Shown here piece after piece: positions 8,558 through 15,312 of a stretch of 24,284 bases of DNA. Made by a program: the position numbers and the translations under genes. The stretch is from an uncultured Gammaproteobacteria bacterium (lineage in GTDB: Bacteria; Patescibacteriota; Patescibacteriia; Patescibacteriales; UBA12465). Position 1 is the stretch's first letter, and every line of letters begins with the position of its first letter. Under the pieces are notes generated by a model that did no database searches, was not told where the DNA came from, and saw only the letters and a program-made list of their open reading frames with translations. The stretch lies in NCBI GenBank assembly GCA_964593665.1, contig CAZQJT010000004.1:1-24284 (forward strand). The letters are read 5' to 3'.

Positions 8558-8566
8558 TAACTACAC
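8558..8566 (-). promoter_or_regulatory. Extended -10 promoter for ychF
   Basis: TGTTATAGT ~30 nt upstream of ATG 8528. Confidence 0.5.
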
Positions 8567-8910
8567 TACTATAACACATTTTTAAATAAAAAAAAGAGAC
8601 CCATCACGAGCTTTTTTTATATAAATAAGAATATAATAATAAGCAATCGGATGAGTCTCATCCCTAATAACGCATTTTTTCTTGATATGTTATCAAGGAA
8701 TTTTATGATCTTTGTTGACTTAAAGACATTTTATTACCAGCTTTTAGTAGATGATAATTTAATTTAAATATTTAGTTAACTTAGATAAGATTAAGTAAAT
8801 TTATTATTTGTTTATTACTTTTCTCCTACCTATTTTTGTTAACTGCTGTTTTCTACTCGGTTGACACGTCAACTTTGTCTTTTATAAAGCTAGTTAAAGA
8901 ACCTATAATT

Positions 8911-8939
8911 ATTATAGCACTTTAGAGGTAAAGGGTCAA
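8911..8939 (-). promoter_or_regulatory. Strong sigma70 promoter firing leftward into the non-coding region
   Basis: TTGACC-17 nt-TATAAT with TG extension (TGCTATAAT). Confidence 0.7.
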
Positions 8940-9068
8940 ACATTGTGGACTTAAGGTAGTAAAAACAAGCTATTATTTAATATTTTCCTTAATTTTAGTT
9001 AAATTATCTATAAAAAATATATTTTTATTAAGTTTAAGTCTAAGCTATATTGGACTTAAAATGTAGTT

Positions 9069-9097
9069 TTATACACAGAAAACACAAGTTATACACA
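9069..9097 (+). promoter_or_regulatory. Two tandem consensus DnaA boxes
   Basis: TTATACACA at 9069-9077 and 9089-9097 (fits TTWTNCACA), 20-bp period. Confidence 0.55.
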
Positions 9098-9136
9098 GGT
9101 GTACTTTTAAAGATAAATTAAAAAATAGGCAAACGT

Positions 9137-9165
9137 TTGACAAAAATTAAATAATAGTTTAAGAT
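9137..9165 (+). promoter_or_regulatory. Sigma70 promoter for ORF 9234
   Basis: TTGACA-17 nt-TAAGAT; predicted TSS ~9171 coincides with the start of a hairpin. Confidence 0.7.
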
Positions 9166-9233
9166 AATAAATCTTGGCGGTATAGTCAAGATCCCAGCTT
9201 CGGGTAGTGAGCAGAGATCTTTAAAAAAAGGAT

Positions 9234-9620
9234 ATGGAAATTATTTCATTTTTTCCTGGCCTAGGCCTTGGCGTAAAAAAATATAATTACGCTGAAAAGC
9301 TAGCGGAAAAGCTGGCAAAAAAAGAAGGAAAATTCTTTTTAGTTTGCGCTGAATACAGCGAAAGCAAACTTTTGGGACTTTCCGAGGGCCTGGACATTGC
9401 GTTGTCGCTTGACCCCGAAGAAGCGCCGATTCTTTTCTGCAGCTTTATGCATCATTACCAATTTTCGGAGAATTTTTCCGGAAAGATAAAAGCAAAAAAG
9501 TTTGCCGAACTGATGGCTCGCCCCAGGGTTCGTTTTGTCCGCTTAGGGGAAACAATCAGCGCCAAAGATTGGTATGAAGAATACCAGAAGGCATTGGCTA
9601 ACGAAAAAAAAATTTTTTAA
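9234..9620 (+). CDS. Hypothetical protein, possibly receiver-domain-like; elevated GC
   Basis: 128 aa with its own promoter, AAGGA SD-like site and terminator; FLVCAEY..GLSEGLDIA..APILFCSF..FVRL has beta/alpha spacing reminiscent of REC domains. Confidence 0.65.
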   Translation: MEIISFFPGLGLGVKKYNYAEKLAEKLAKKEGKFFLVCAEYSESKLLGLSEGLDIALSLDPEEAPILFCSFMHHYQFSENFSGKIKAKKFAELMARPRVRFVRLGETISAKDWYEEYQKALANEKKIF

Positions 9621-9629
9621 AAAACAAAA

Positions 9630-9660
9630 ACCGGTTGCAAACAACCGGTCTTTTTTTATT
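9630..9660. terminator. Bidirectional terminator between ORF 9234 and tRNA-Cys
   Basis: ACCGGTTG-CAAA-CAACCGGT followed by T-tract, preceded by A-tract. Confidence 0.85.
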
Positions 9661-9661
9661 G

Positions 9662-9735
9662 AGGCTTGAGTGGGATTCGAACCCACGAATGACGGTTTTG
9701 CAAACCGCAGCGTTAGACCACTTCGCCATCAAGCC
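9662..9735 (-). tRNA. tRNA-Cys(GCA), CCA not encoded
   Basis: GGCTTGA/TCAAGCC acceptor stem, U73 discriminator, anticodon arm GCGGT-TTGCAAA-ACCGT, T arm GTGGG-TTCGAAT-CCCAC. Confidence 0.95.
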
Positions 9736-9775
9736 CTGAAACTGAATTTTAACTTATCTTTTTTAACTTGTAAAC

Positions 9776-10813
9776 CTATTTTAAAGGTAAGCTAGGATTA
9801 ATTTTTAATTTTTTAAAATTAATTGCTGTTTTTCTTTTTGATTTAAAAAATGCCGCCGCCGCTATCATAGCAGCATTGTCAGTAGTATAAATTTTTTCAG
9901 GAACTAAAAAGTTAACTTTATTTAAAGATTTAAAAACAGTTTCCATTAAAGACGATCTTAAAGTTTCATTAGCGCTTACTCCTCCGGAGAGCATGACAGT
10001 TTTAACCTGATATTTTTTAGCCGCCCTTATTGTTTTAGCTATTAAAACATCAATTATCGCCTGTTGATAAGCAAAACAATATTCAGGAATTTTCCTTTTC
10101 CAGTTTTTGTCTTTTTGTAATTGATATAATAGGGAAGTTTTTAGTCCAGAAAAAGAAAAATTAAAATTAGGATTATTTAACATTGGTCTAGGTAAAGACA
10201 AAGAGCTTTCTTTTCTCTCTTTACTATAATTATCAGCCAAATTAGAAATTATTGGTCCGCCGGGATAGCCAAGCCCCATCATTTTTGCTCCTTTGTCATA
10301 AGCTTCTCCGGCTGCATCATCTAAAGTTTCGCCAATAATTTTTAATTTATTATTTTTATCCATTAAAACTAGATTAGTGTGTCCGCCAGATACGGTTAAT
10401 ATTAAAGCAGGATAATTTATTTTTGATTTTGGATTGATGAAGTTAGAATAAATATGACCTTCAATATGATTAACTTCAATTATTGGTTTATTCCAAGCAT
10501 AAGCCAGAGTCCTGGTTGTTTCAGCACCGCTTATGAGAGAGGTTATCAGTCCCGGTCCCTTGGTAACTGCTAAAAAATCTAGTTTTTCTGGTTTAATACT
10601 TGCTTTTTTAAGAGCCTCGTCTACAACCGGGAGAATATTTAAAACGTGTTCACGAGCGGCTATTTCGGGAACGACTCCACCATATTTTTGATGGATTTCT
10701 ATTTGTGAAGAAATAATATTTGATAATACAAAAATACGGTCGCTTCCTTTGTTGGTTTTTATAACGGAAGCGGCAGTTTCATCACAACTAGTTTCAATAG
10801 CTAAGATATACAT
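9776..10813 (-). CDS. tsaD: tRNA N6-threonylcarbamoyltransferase TsaD
   Basis: ILAIETSCDETAA, GGVVPEIAAREH, GPGL, NHIEGH, VSGGHT, DDAAGEAYDK, GYPGG, FSFSGLKT, TDNAAMIA. Confidence 0.97.
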   Translation of the reverse strand: MYILAIETSCDETAASVIKTNKGSDRIFVLSNIISSQIEIHQKYGGVVPEIAAREHVLNILPVVDEALKKASIKPEKLDFLAVTKGPGLITSLISGAETTRTLAYAWNKPIIEVNHIEGHIYSNFINPKSKINYPALILTVSGGHTNLVLMDKNNKLKIIGETLDDAAGEAYDKGAKMMGLGYPGGPIISNLADNYSKERKESSLSLPRPMLNNPNFNFSFSGLKTSLLYQLQKDKNWKRKIPEYCFAYQQAIIDVLIAKTIRAAKKYQVKTVMLSGGVSANETLRSSLMETVFKSLNKVNFLVPEKIYTTDNAAMIAAAAFFKSKRKTAINFKKLKINPSLPLK

Positions 10814-10821
10814 AATATATA

Positions 10822-10849
10822 ATTGTAGGGGATTTTAGAGAAAAGTCCA
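10822..10849 (-). promoter_or_regulatory. Promoter for tsaD (near-leaderless)
   Basis: TGGACT-16 nt-TACAAT, ATG 8 nt downstream of the -10. Confidence 0.5.
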
Positions 10850-10923
10850 GAAAGATACTAGTTTTTAGGTTATTTTATCTTATTAAATAGGCTATAATAT
10901 AAAAAAAGGAATTATTTTTTTAA

Positions 10924-10954
10924 TGTTACCTTTTAGGGCTTGAAACGTTATATA
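10924..10954 (+). promoter_or_regulatory. Putative autoregulatory ECF-sigma promoter
   Basis: TGTTAC-16 nt (starting CTTTT)-CGTTATATA, resembling the TGWAAC-N16-CGT ECF promoter architecture, 20 nt upstream of the sigma ATG. Confidence 0.5.
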
Positions 10955-10974
10955 TTATATAAGCTTATAATTCT

Positions 10975-11550
10975 ATGTCAGAGCGCGATTCTGAATTAAA
11001 ACTTGCCTTGTCTGCTAAAAATGGTGACCAAGCTGCTTTTAGTACTCTTTATAATATTTATATCCGTAAAATATATGATTTTGTTTATTTCAAAACACTT
11101 AACAAGGAAATAGCAGAAGATTTAAGCAGTCAAGTTTTTTTAAAATTCTTAAAATATATCAGTTCTTTTAAAGGTGATAATTTTTCTGCTTGGTTATATA
11201 CTATTGCTCGCCATACAGTTATTGACCATTACCGCTTGAATAAAGATTATAAACAGATAGAAGATTGTTGGGATTTGGCAGATTGGGGAGATTTAAGTGC
11301 TGACACTGAAACTAAGTTATTAATGGAAAAAGTTCATCAGGCGATGAGAAAATTATCAGCTACTGATAGGGAATTATTAACCCTGCGTCTTTGGTCTGAT
11401 TTACCTTTTAAGGAAATTGCTACAATTTTAAGTAAAAAAGAACCAGCCACTAAAATGGCTTTCTCTCGTTCTCTTGAAAGGTTAAGGAAAGAAATTTCAC
11501 CCCTTTTATTATTAGTTTTTTTACTTCTATGGAAAAAGATAAATTTATAA
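10975..11550 (+). CDS. ECF-family RNA polymerase sigma factor
   Basis: Region 2 AEDLSSQVFLK / FSAWLYTIARHTVIDHYR; region 4 RELLTLR..SDLPFKEIATIL......K...SR.L.RLR. Confidence 0.93.
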   Translation: MSERDSELKLALSAKNGDQAAFSTLYNIYIRKIYDFVYFKTLNKEIAEDLSSQVFLKFLKYISSFKGDNFSAWLYTIARHTVIDHYRLNKDYKQIEDCWDLADWGDLSADTETKLLMEKVHQAMRKLSATDRELLTLRLWSDLPFKEIATILSKKEPATKMAFSRSLERLRKEISPLLLLVFLLLWKKINL

Positions 11551-13070
11551 CAGTACTGCAAGAGCTTTACGATTGGAATCCTAAACTTCGTGCTAAGGAA
11601 AAGGAGTTGTTAAAGCTTATTAAAACTCTAGCTGCTTCTCGGCCAGATACTCAGTTTGATGAGCAGTTCGCCTCGGATTTAAAAAAGGATTTATTAAATC
11701 ACCGTATTTTGCTTGATGATGATGAAGGTTTGGAAGAAAAATTTAGTTTATTTAACTTTAATTATATGCGAAAAAAAATATACTTTGGACTTGGCGCTGC
11801 GGTTTTATGTGGCGTAGTTCTTTTGTTTGTTTTAATAAACAAACAACCAGATGGCAAAATAAGTTGGACTTTTAAAGAATCTTTTTCAAATTATGATCAG
11901 TTTGTTAAAACAGAACCAGGTGCATTTGGCAGTTTAGCTAAATTAAATCAGGCTGAAAGTCAGGAATTAACTACTAGTAATTTACAAGCAGGAGGTGACA
12001 CTGTGACTACAAGCCGAAACAACGAAACGGTCGTGAGCTCTGCAAGTGCTCCAATCCTTGGGATGGGTGGTGATGGAGTAGATTATCTTAAAATGATTTT
12101 ACCAATGTATTCTTTTGAGTATATATATGTTGGCGAACCACTTGAACTTAGTGAAGAAGAGGCGTTAGTTTATCGACGTCTAAAAGGAGATGGAAGCCTG
12201 TCTCATCAATTTGATTCTTTATTTTCTCAACAAAAAGTTGGTCCGCTTGATTTGAGAAATTTTTCTAATCTACAGACTAACTCAATTTCTTTTAACGAAA
12301 ACCGACCTTTTGGCTACATTGTTAGTATTGATTTAAAAGAAGAAAGTATTTATATAGGCCAAAATTGGCCATATTGGCAAAATGAGCGCGATAATTGTGG
12401 CGGCGATCAGGTTTGTTTTGATTCCTATCGTTTAAAAATAGAAGATGTTTTAAGTAACGAGGAGTTAATTACCATTGCTGATAAATTTTTAAATGATAAG
12501 AAGATAAATTATGACAGTTATGCCGAAGCTCAGGTTGATAATTTCTGGCGCTTAAATTATGAAACAACTCAGGATAAAGATAATTATTACATTCCTGAAG
12601 AGATGAGTATTATTTATCCTCTTAAAATAGACGGACAAAAAGTTTATGATCAAGGAGGTAATTTTGAAGGCTTGCGTGTTAATGTTAATTTACGTCATAA
12701 GTTAGTATCCGGGGTAAGTAATTTAAATACAGCTCGTTTTGAGACCTCAAAATATCTTTTAGAAACAGACACGGAGAAGGTTATAGGAGCAGCTCTTAAG
12801 GGTGGATCAAGGTTTTATTATAGCGATGATGTAGAAAAAGTTTCTTTAGAATTAGGGACGCCAAATAAAACCTTAGTTCGTTATTGGCGCTATGAAAACA
12901 ATACTAGTGAAGAATTGTTAGTTCCAGCTTTAATTTTCCCAGTTAATAACCCACCAGCCAGTTATTATGGTCCCCGGTATATTACTATTCCGCTAGTAAA
13001 AGAGATGTTAGAGGAGATAATAAATAATAATCAAGAAAACGATATTGGTATAATGCCTTTTATTAGATAG
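11529..13070 (+). CDS. Putative single-pass anti-sigma factor with large extracytoplasmic domain
   Basis: Overlaps sigma by 22 nt; helical N-terminal domain, one TM helix (IYFGLGAAVLCGVVLLFVLI) at ~aa 84-103, ~400-aa external domain. Confidence 0.65.
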   Translation: MEKDKFITVLQELYDWNPKLRAKEKELLKLIKTLAASRPDTQFDEQFASDLKKDLLNHRILLDDDEGLEEKFSLFNFNYMRKKIYFGLGAAVLCGVVLLFVLINKQPDGKISWTFKESFSNYDQFVKTEPGAFGSLAKLNQAESQELTTSNLQAGGDTVTTSRNNETVVSSASAPILGMGGDGVDYLKMILPMYSFEYIYVGEPLELSEEEALVYRRLKGDGSLSHQFDSLFSQQKVGPLDLRNFSNLQTNSISFNENRPFGYIVSIDLKEESIYIGQNWPYWQNERDNCGGDQVCFDSYRLKIEDVLSNEELITIADKFLNDKKINYDSYAEAQVDNFWRLNYETTQDKDNYYIPEEMSIIYPLKIDGQKVYDQGGNFEGLRVNVNLRHKLVSGVSNLNTARFETSKYLLETDTEKVIGAALKGGSRFYYSDDVEKVSLELGTPNKTLVRYWRYENNTSEELLVPALIFPVNNPPASYYGPRYITIPLVKEMLEEIINNNQENDIGIMPFIR

Positions 13071-13075
13071 ATTAA

Positions 13076-13110
13076 AAAAAAGCGTTGAAAGAAAATTTCA
13101 ACGCTTTTTT
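13076..13110 (+). terminator. Intrinsic terminator of the sigma/anti-sigma operon
   Basis: Perfect 15-bp AAAAAAGCGTTGAAA-GAAAA-TTTCAACGCTTTTTT. Confidence 0.9.
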
Positions 13111-13169
13111 GTTTTATTTACTCTCGTACTATTAAGGAGTATTATAGAAAGAGAGTTTTTATTAAAAAA

Positions 13170-14258
13170 ATGACAAAAAAAATATTAGAAACAATTACCA
13201 TTTTCCTTATCTCTTCTGTTTTGGTTTTTGGTTTGGTGAAAATTGTTGCAGCTCCCTTTAATGAATTTGTTGATCATTTTCGTTCTGACAGAATAGAGCA
13301 AGTTAATGCCTCTCTGACAATAAGTAAAGATAAGCCGATAGAGTTTGTTTTTGGTGGCGATGTAATGTTGTCGCGTCAAGTTAATAGCCGCATGGCTAAA
13401 TATGAAGACTATACTTGGCCGTTTATAAAAATAGCTAATTTTTTAGGGTCAGCCGATTTAAGTATTATTAATTTAGAATCACCATTTGTTTTGGCAAATG
13501 ATTATTTTGTGCCGACCGGATCATTTATGTTTAAAGCAGACCCCAAGGCTTTAGAAGGGCTTATTTTAGCTGGAATTGATTTGGTTTCTTTGGCTAATAA
13601 TCATACTCTTAATCAAGGAAGAAAAGGACTTAATGAAAACTTTGAAATTTTAAAAGAAAAAGGAATAAAATATATTGGTGCTGGTAGAAATGAGCTTGAG
13701 GCATATCAGGCAGAAATATTTGAAATAAATAATAAAAAGTTTGCTTTTTTAGCTTATGCCTATCCAAGCGATAATAGTGTTGCAAAAGAAGATAGCGCTG
13801 GAATTGCGACGATGGACATTGATAGAATGGTTAAAGATGTTAGTCAGCTAAAAGAAGAGGGAAATATTGTAATTGTTAATATGCATGCGGGTATAGAATA
13901 TACGATAGAACCTAATTGGCAGCAAGAATATTTTGCCCATGCAGCAATTGAGGCTGGCGCTGAAGCGGTGATTGGTCATCATTCTCATTGGCCACAGATT
14001 ATAGAATTTTATCAAGATAAACCGATTATCTATTCACTTGGTAATTTAGTTTTTGATCAGATGTGGTCGCCTGAAACTCGCCAGGGGTTATTAGCTAAAA
14101 TGTTTTGGCGGGATGGCTGGGAGAGAATAGAAATAATTCCGATAAAGATATATGATTATGGCCAGCCAGAAATAATTAGTGATGAAGAAGAAAGAAGTGA
14201 GATTTTAGAAAGAATTGGTGTCCCGGAGAACGGAATTATTTTGGAGAAAGTAAATTAA
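13170..14258 (+). CDS. CapA (PGA_cap) family metallophosphoesterase, N-terminally anchored
   Basis: N-terminal hydrophobic helix; GGDVML, NLESP, SLANNH, MHAGIEY, GHHSH, YSLGNLVFDQ. Confidence 0.9.
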   Translation: MTKKILETITIFLISSVLVFGLVKIVAAPFNEFVDHFRSDRIEQVNASLTISKDKPIEFVFGGDVMLSRQVNSRMAKYEDYTWPFIKIANFLGSADLSIINLESPFVLANDYFVPTGSFMFKADPKALEGLILAGIDLVSLANNHTLNQGRKGLNENFEILKEKGIKYIGAGRNELEAYQAEIFEINNKKFAFLAYAYPSDNSVAKEDSAGIATMDIDRMVKDVSQLKEEGNIVIVNMHAGIEYTIEPNWQQEYFAHAAIEAGAEAVIGHHSHWPQIIEFYQDKPIIYSLGNLVFDQMWSPETRQGLLAKMFWRDGWERIEIIPIKIYDYGQPEIISDEEERSEILERIGVPENGIILEKVN

Positions 14259-14280
14259 TAAAAATATAATTTTGTAAAAT

Positions 14281-14307
14281 AAAAAAGACTTGAGTTGGCT
14301 CAAGTCT
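14281..14307 (-). terminator. Terminator overlapping the histidine phosphatase stop codon (possibly bidirectional)
   Basis: AGACTTGAG-N4-CTCAAGTCT 9-bp stem followed by a T6 tract on the minus strand. Confidence 0.75.
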
Positions 14308-15115
14308 GTTTGTACTTCAACTTTTCGACCTCGTCAAAGAGATCTTGGTTGGAGTATTTTTTTCTGATAATTTCAGAAAATTTGTCCTCTGGAACTCCGC
14401 CACCAGCTGGTCGAACGATACGCATCCAATTAAAATATTGAGAAAGATTTTCACCAGAAGTTGGTTGAGGATTTTCGCGCGTGTAATGCACAATTGCACA
14501 ATTAGGAATGCGGCCCCATTCTTCCTCGGTATTTAAATAATTATTACTTTCCGATAACGACATGCGTTCTAAAATAATTCGAAAAGTTCTAATCACGTGC
14601 CCGTGGCAAACAATAATAACATTTTGTCCTTCGCATTCTCTGGATAAAGTATCAAGAACGGTATGTATTCTTTGGGCAACATCAGCGACGCTTTCTCCTT
14701 GCGGCGGACGAAATAAAAAAGGTTGCGAATCATAAAACCTTCTTTGGTTTTCTAATTTTTGATCCTCTTTAATAGGGGGCATGATATTTAACAAGCCATG
14801 TTCGCGTTCGCGCAGGTTAAAGTCTATCATCCAACTAGCGTTATCTATGCCTAAATAAGCAGCCGTTTGCATAGCGCGGTTGTTGTTAGAGACTAAGAGA
14901 CGATCAAAAACTTTAACCGCATTTTGAGCGAGCCATGCGCCGGCTTTTTTTGCCTGTTCAATTCCTTTCTCGGTTAGCATGTACTGAGACTCGTGAACAT
15001 TTAAAAAATTAGCATAAAAAAGAGAGCTGTCTCCGGTTTCTTCAAATTGCCGACGTAAGGCATTTCCTTCGGATTGGCCATGTCGAACTAAATACAGATT
15101 TCTTGGCATTCCCAT
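14300..15115 (-). CDS. Histidine phosphatase (phosphoglycerate mutase-like) family protein
   Basis: LVRHGQSEGN, LTEKG.EQA, S...RA.QTA, LRERE.G, PPQGES, VCHG, IPNCAI. Confidence 0.9.
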   Translation of the reverse strand: MGMPRNLYLVRHGQSEGNALRRQFEETGDSSLFYANFLNVHESQYMLTEKGIEQAKKAGAWLAQNAVKVFDRLLVSNNNRAMQTAAYLGIDNASWMIDFNLREREHGLLNIMPPIKEDQKLENQRRFYDSQPFLFRPPQGESVADVAQRIHTVLDTLSRECEGQNVIIVCHGHVIRTFRIILERMSLSESNNYLNTEEEWGRIPNCAIVHYTRENPQPTSGENLSQYFNWMRIVRPAGGGVPEDKFSEIIRKKYSNQDLFDEVEKLKYKQT

Positions 15116-15130
15116 GTTGCGGTGTTTTTA
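15116..15130 (+). repeat. 15-bp element GTTGCGGTGTTTTTA also present in the tRNA-Glu terminator
   Basis: Exact reverse complement at 18058-18072; 14/15 direct copy at 18076-18090. Confidence 0.75.
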
Positions 15131-15232
15131 AGGGTTTATATATAATTTTGATTAATTTTTAATGAACTAGTAATAAATTAGTTTAGTATAGAATAATATA
15201 AGCGTCAATGGAGGGGTGTATTTATATTGCGT

Positions 15233-15262
15233 AAGGCCTTCAGAATTTCTGGGGGCCTTTTT
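15233..15262 (+). terminator. Plus-strand intrinsic terminator with no upstream plus-strand gene
   Basis: AAGGCCTTCAGA-ATT-TCTGGGGGCCTT 12-bp stem (2 G-U pairs valid only on the + transcript) plus T-tract. Confidence 0.65.
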
Positions 15263-15312
15263 AAAAAGCCACTTTATGTTATTATATAAAAATAAGAGTT
15301 AATTTTAAAAAT

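Noticed and set aside
9171-9230. Known riboswitch (SAM, fluoride, ZTP, c-di-GMP, preQ1)
   Set aside because: Conserved core sequences not recognised; kept only as an unnamed structured leader
8529-9233. CRISPR array, tmRNA, RNase P, 6S or SRP RNA in the large intergenic region
   Set aside because: No regular repeat-spacer period, no tRNA-like ends or conserved cores, and too AT-rich
10839-10850. AGAAAAGTCCAG resembling the RNase P GAGGAAAGTCC core
   Set aside because: No room or supporting structure; explained as the tsaD -35 on the opposite strand
1160-14536. Short listed ORFs at 1160, 2974, 3181, 4269, 5032, 5802, 7552, 11337, 13185, 14317 and 14345
   Set aside because: All overlap well-supported genes on the opposite strand or in another frame and have no motifs
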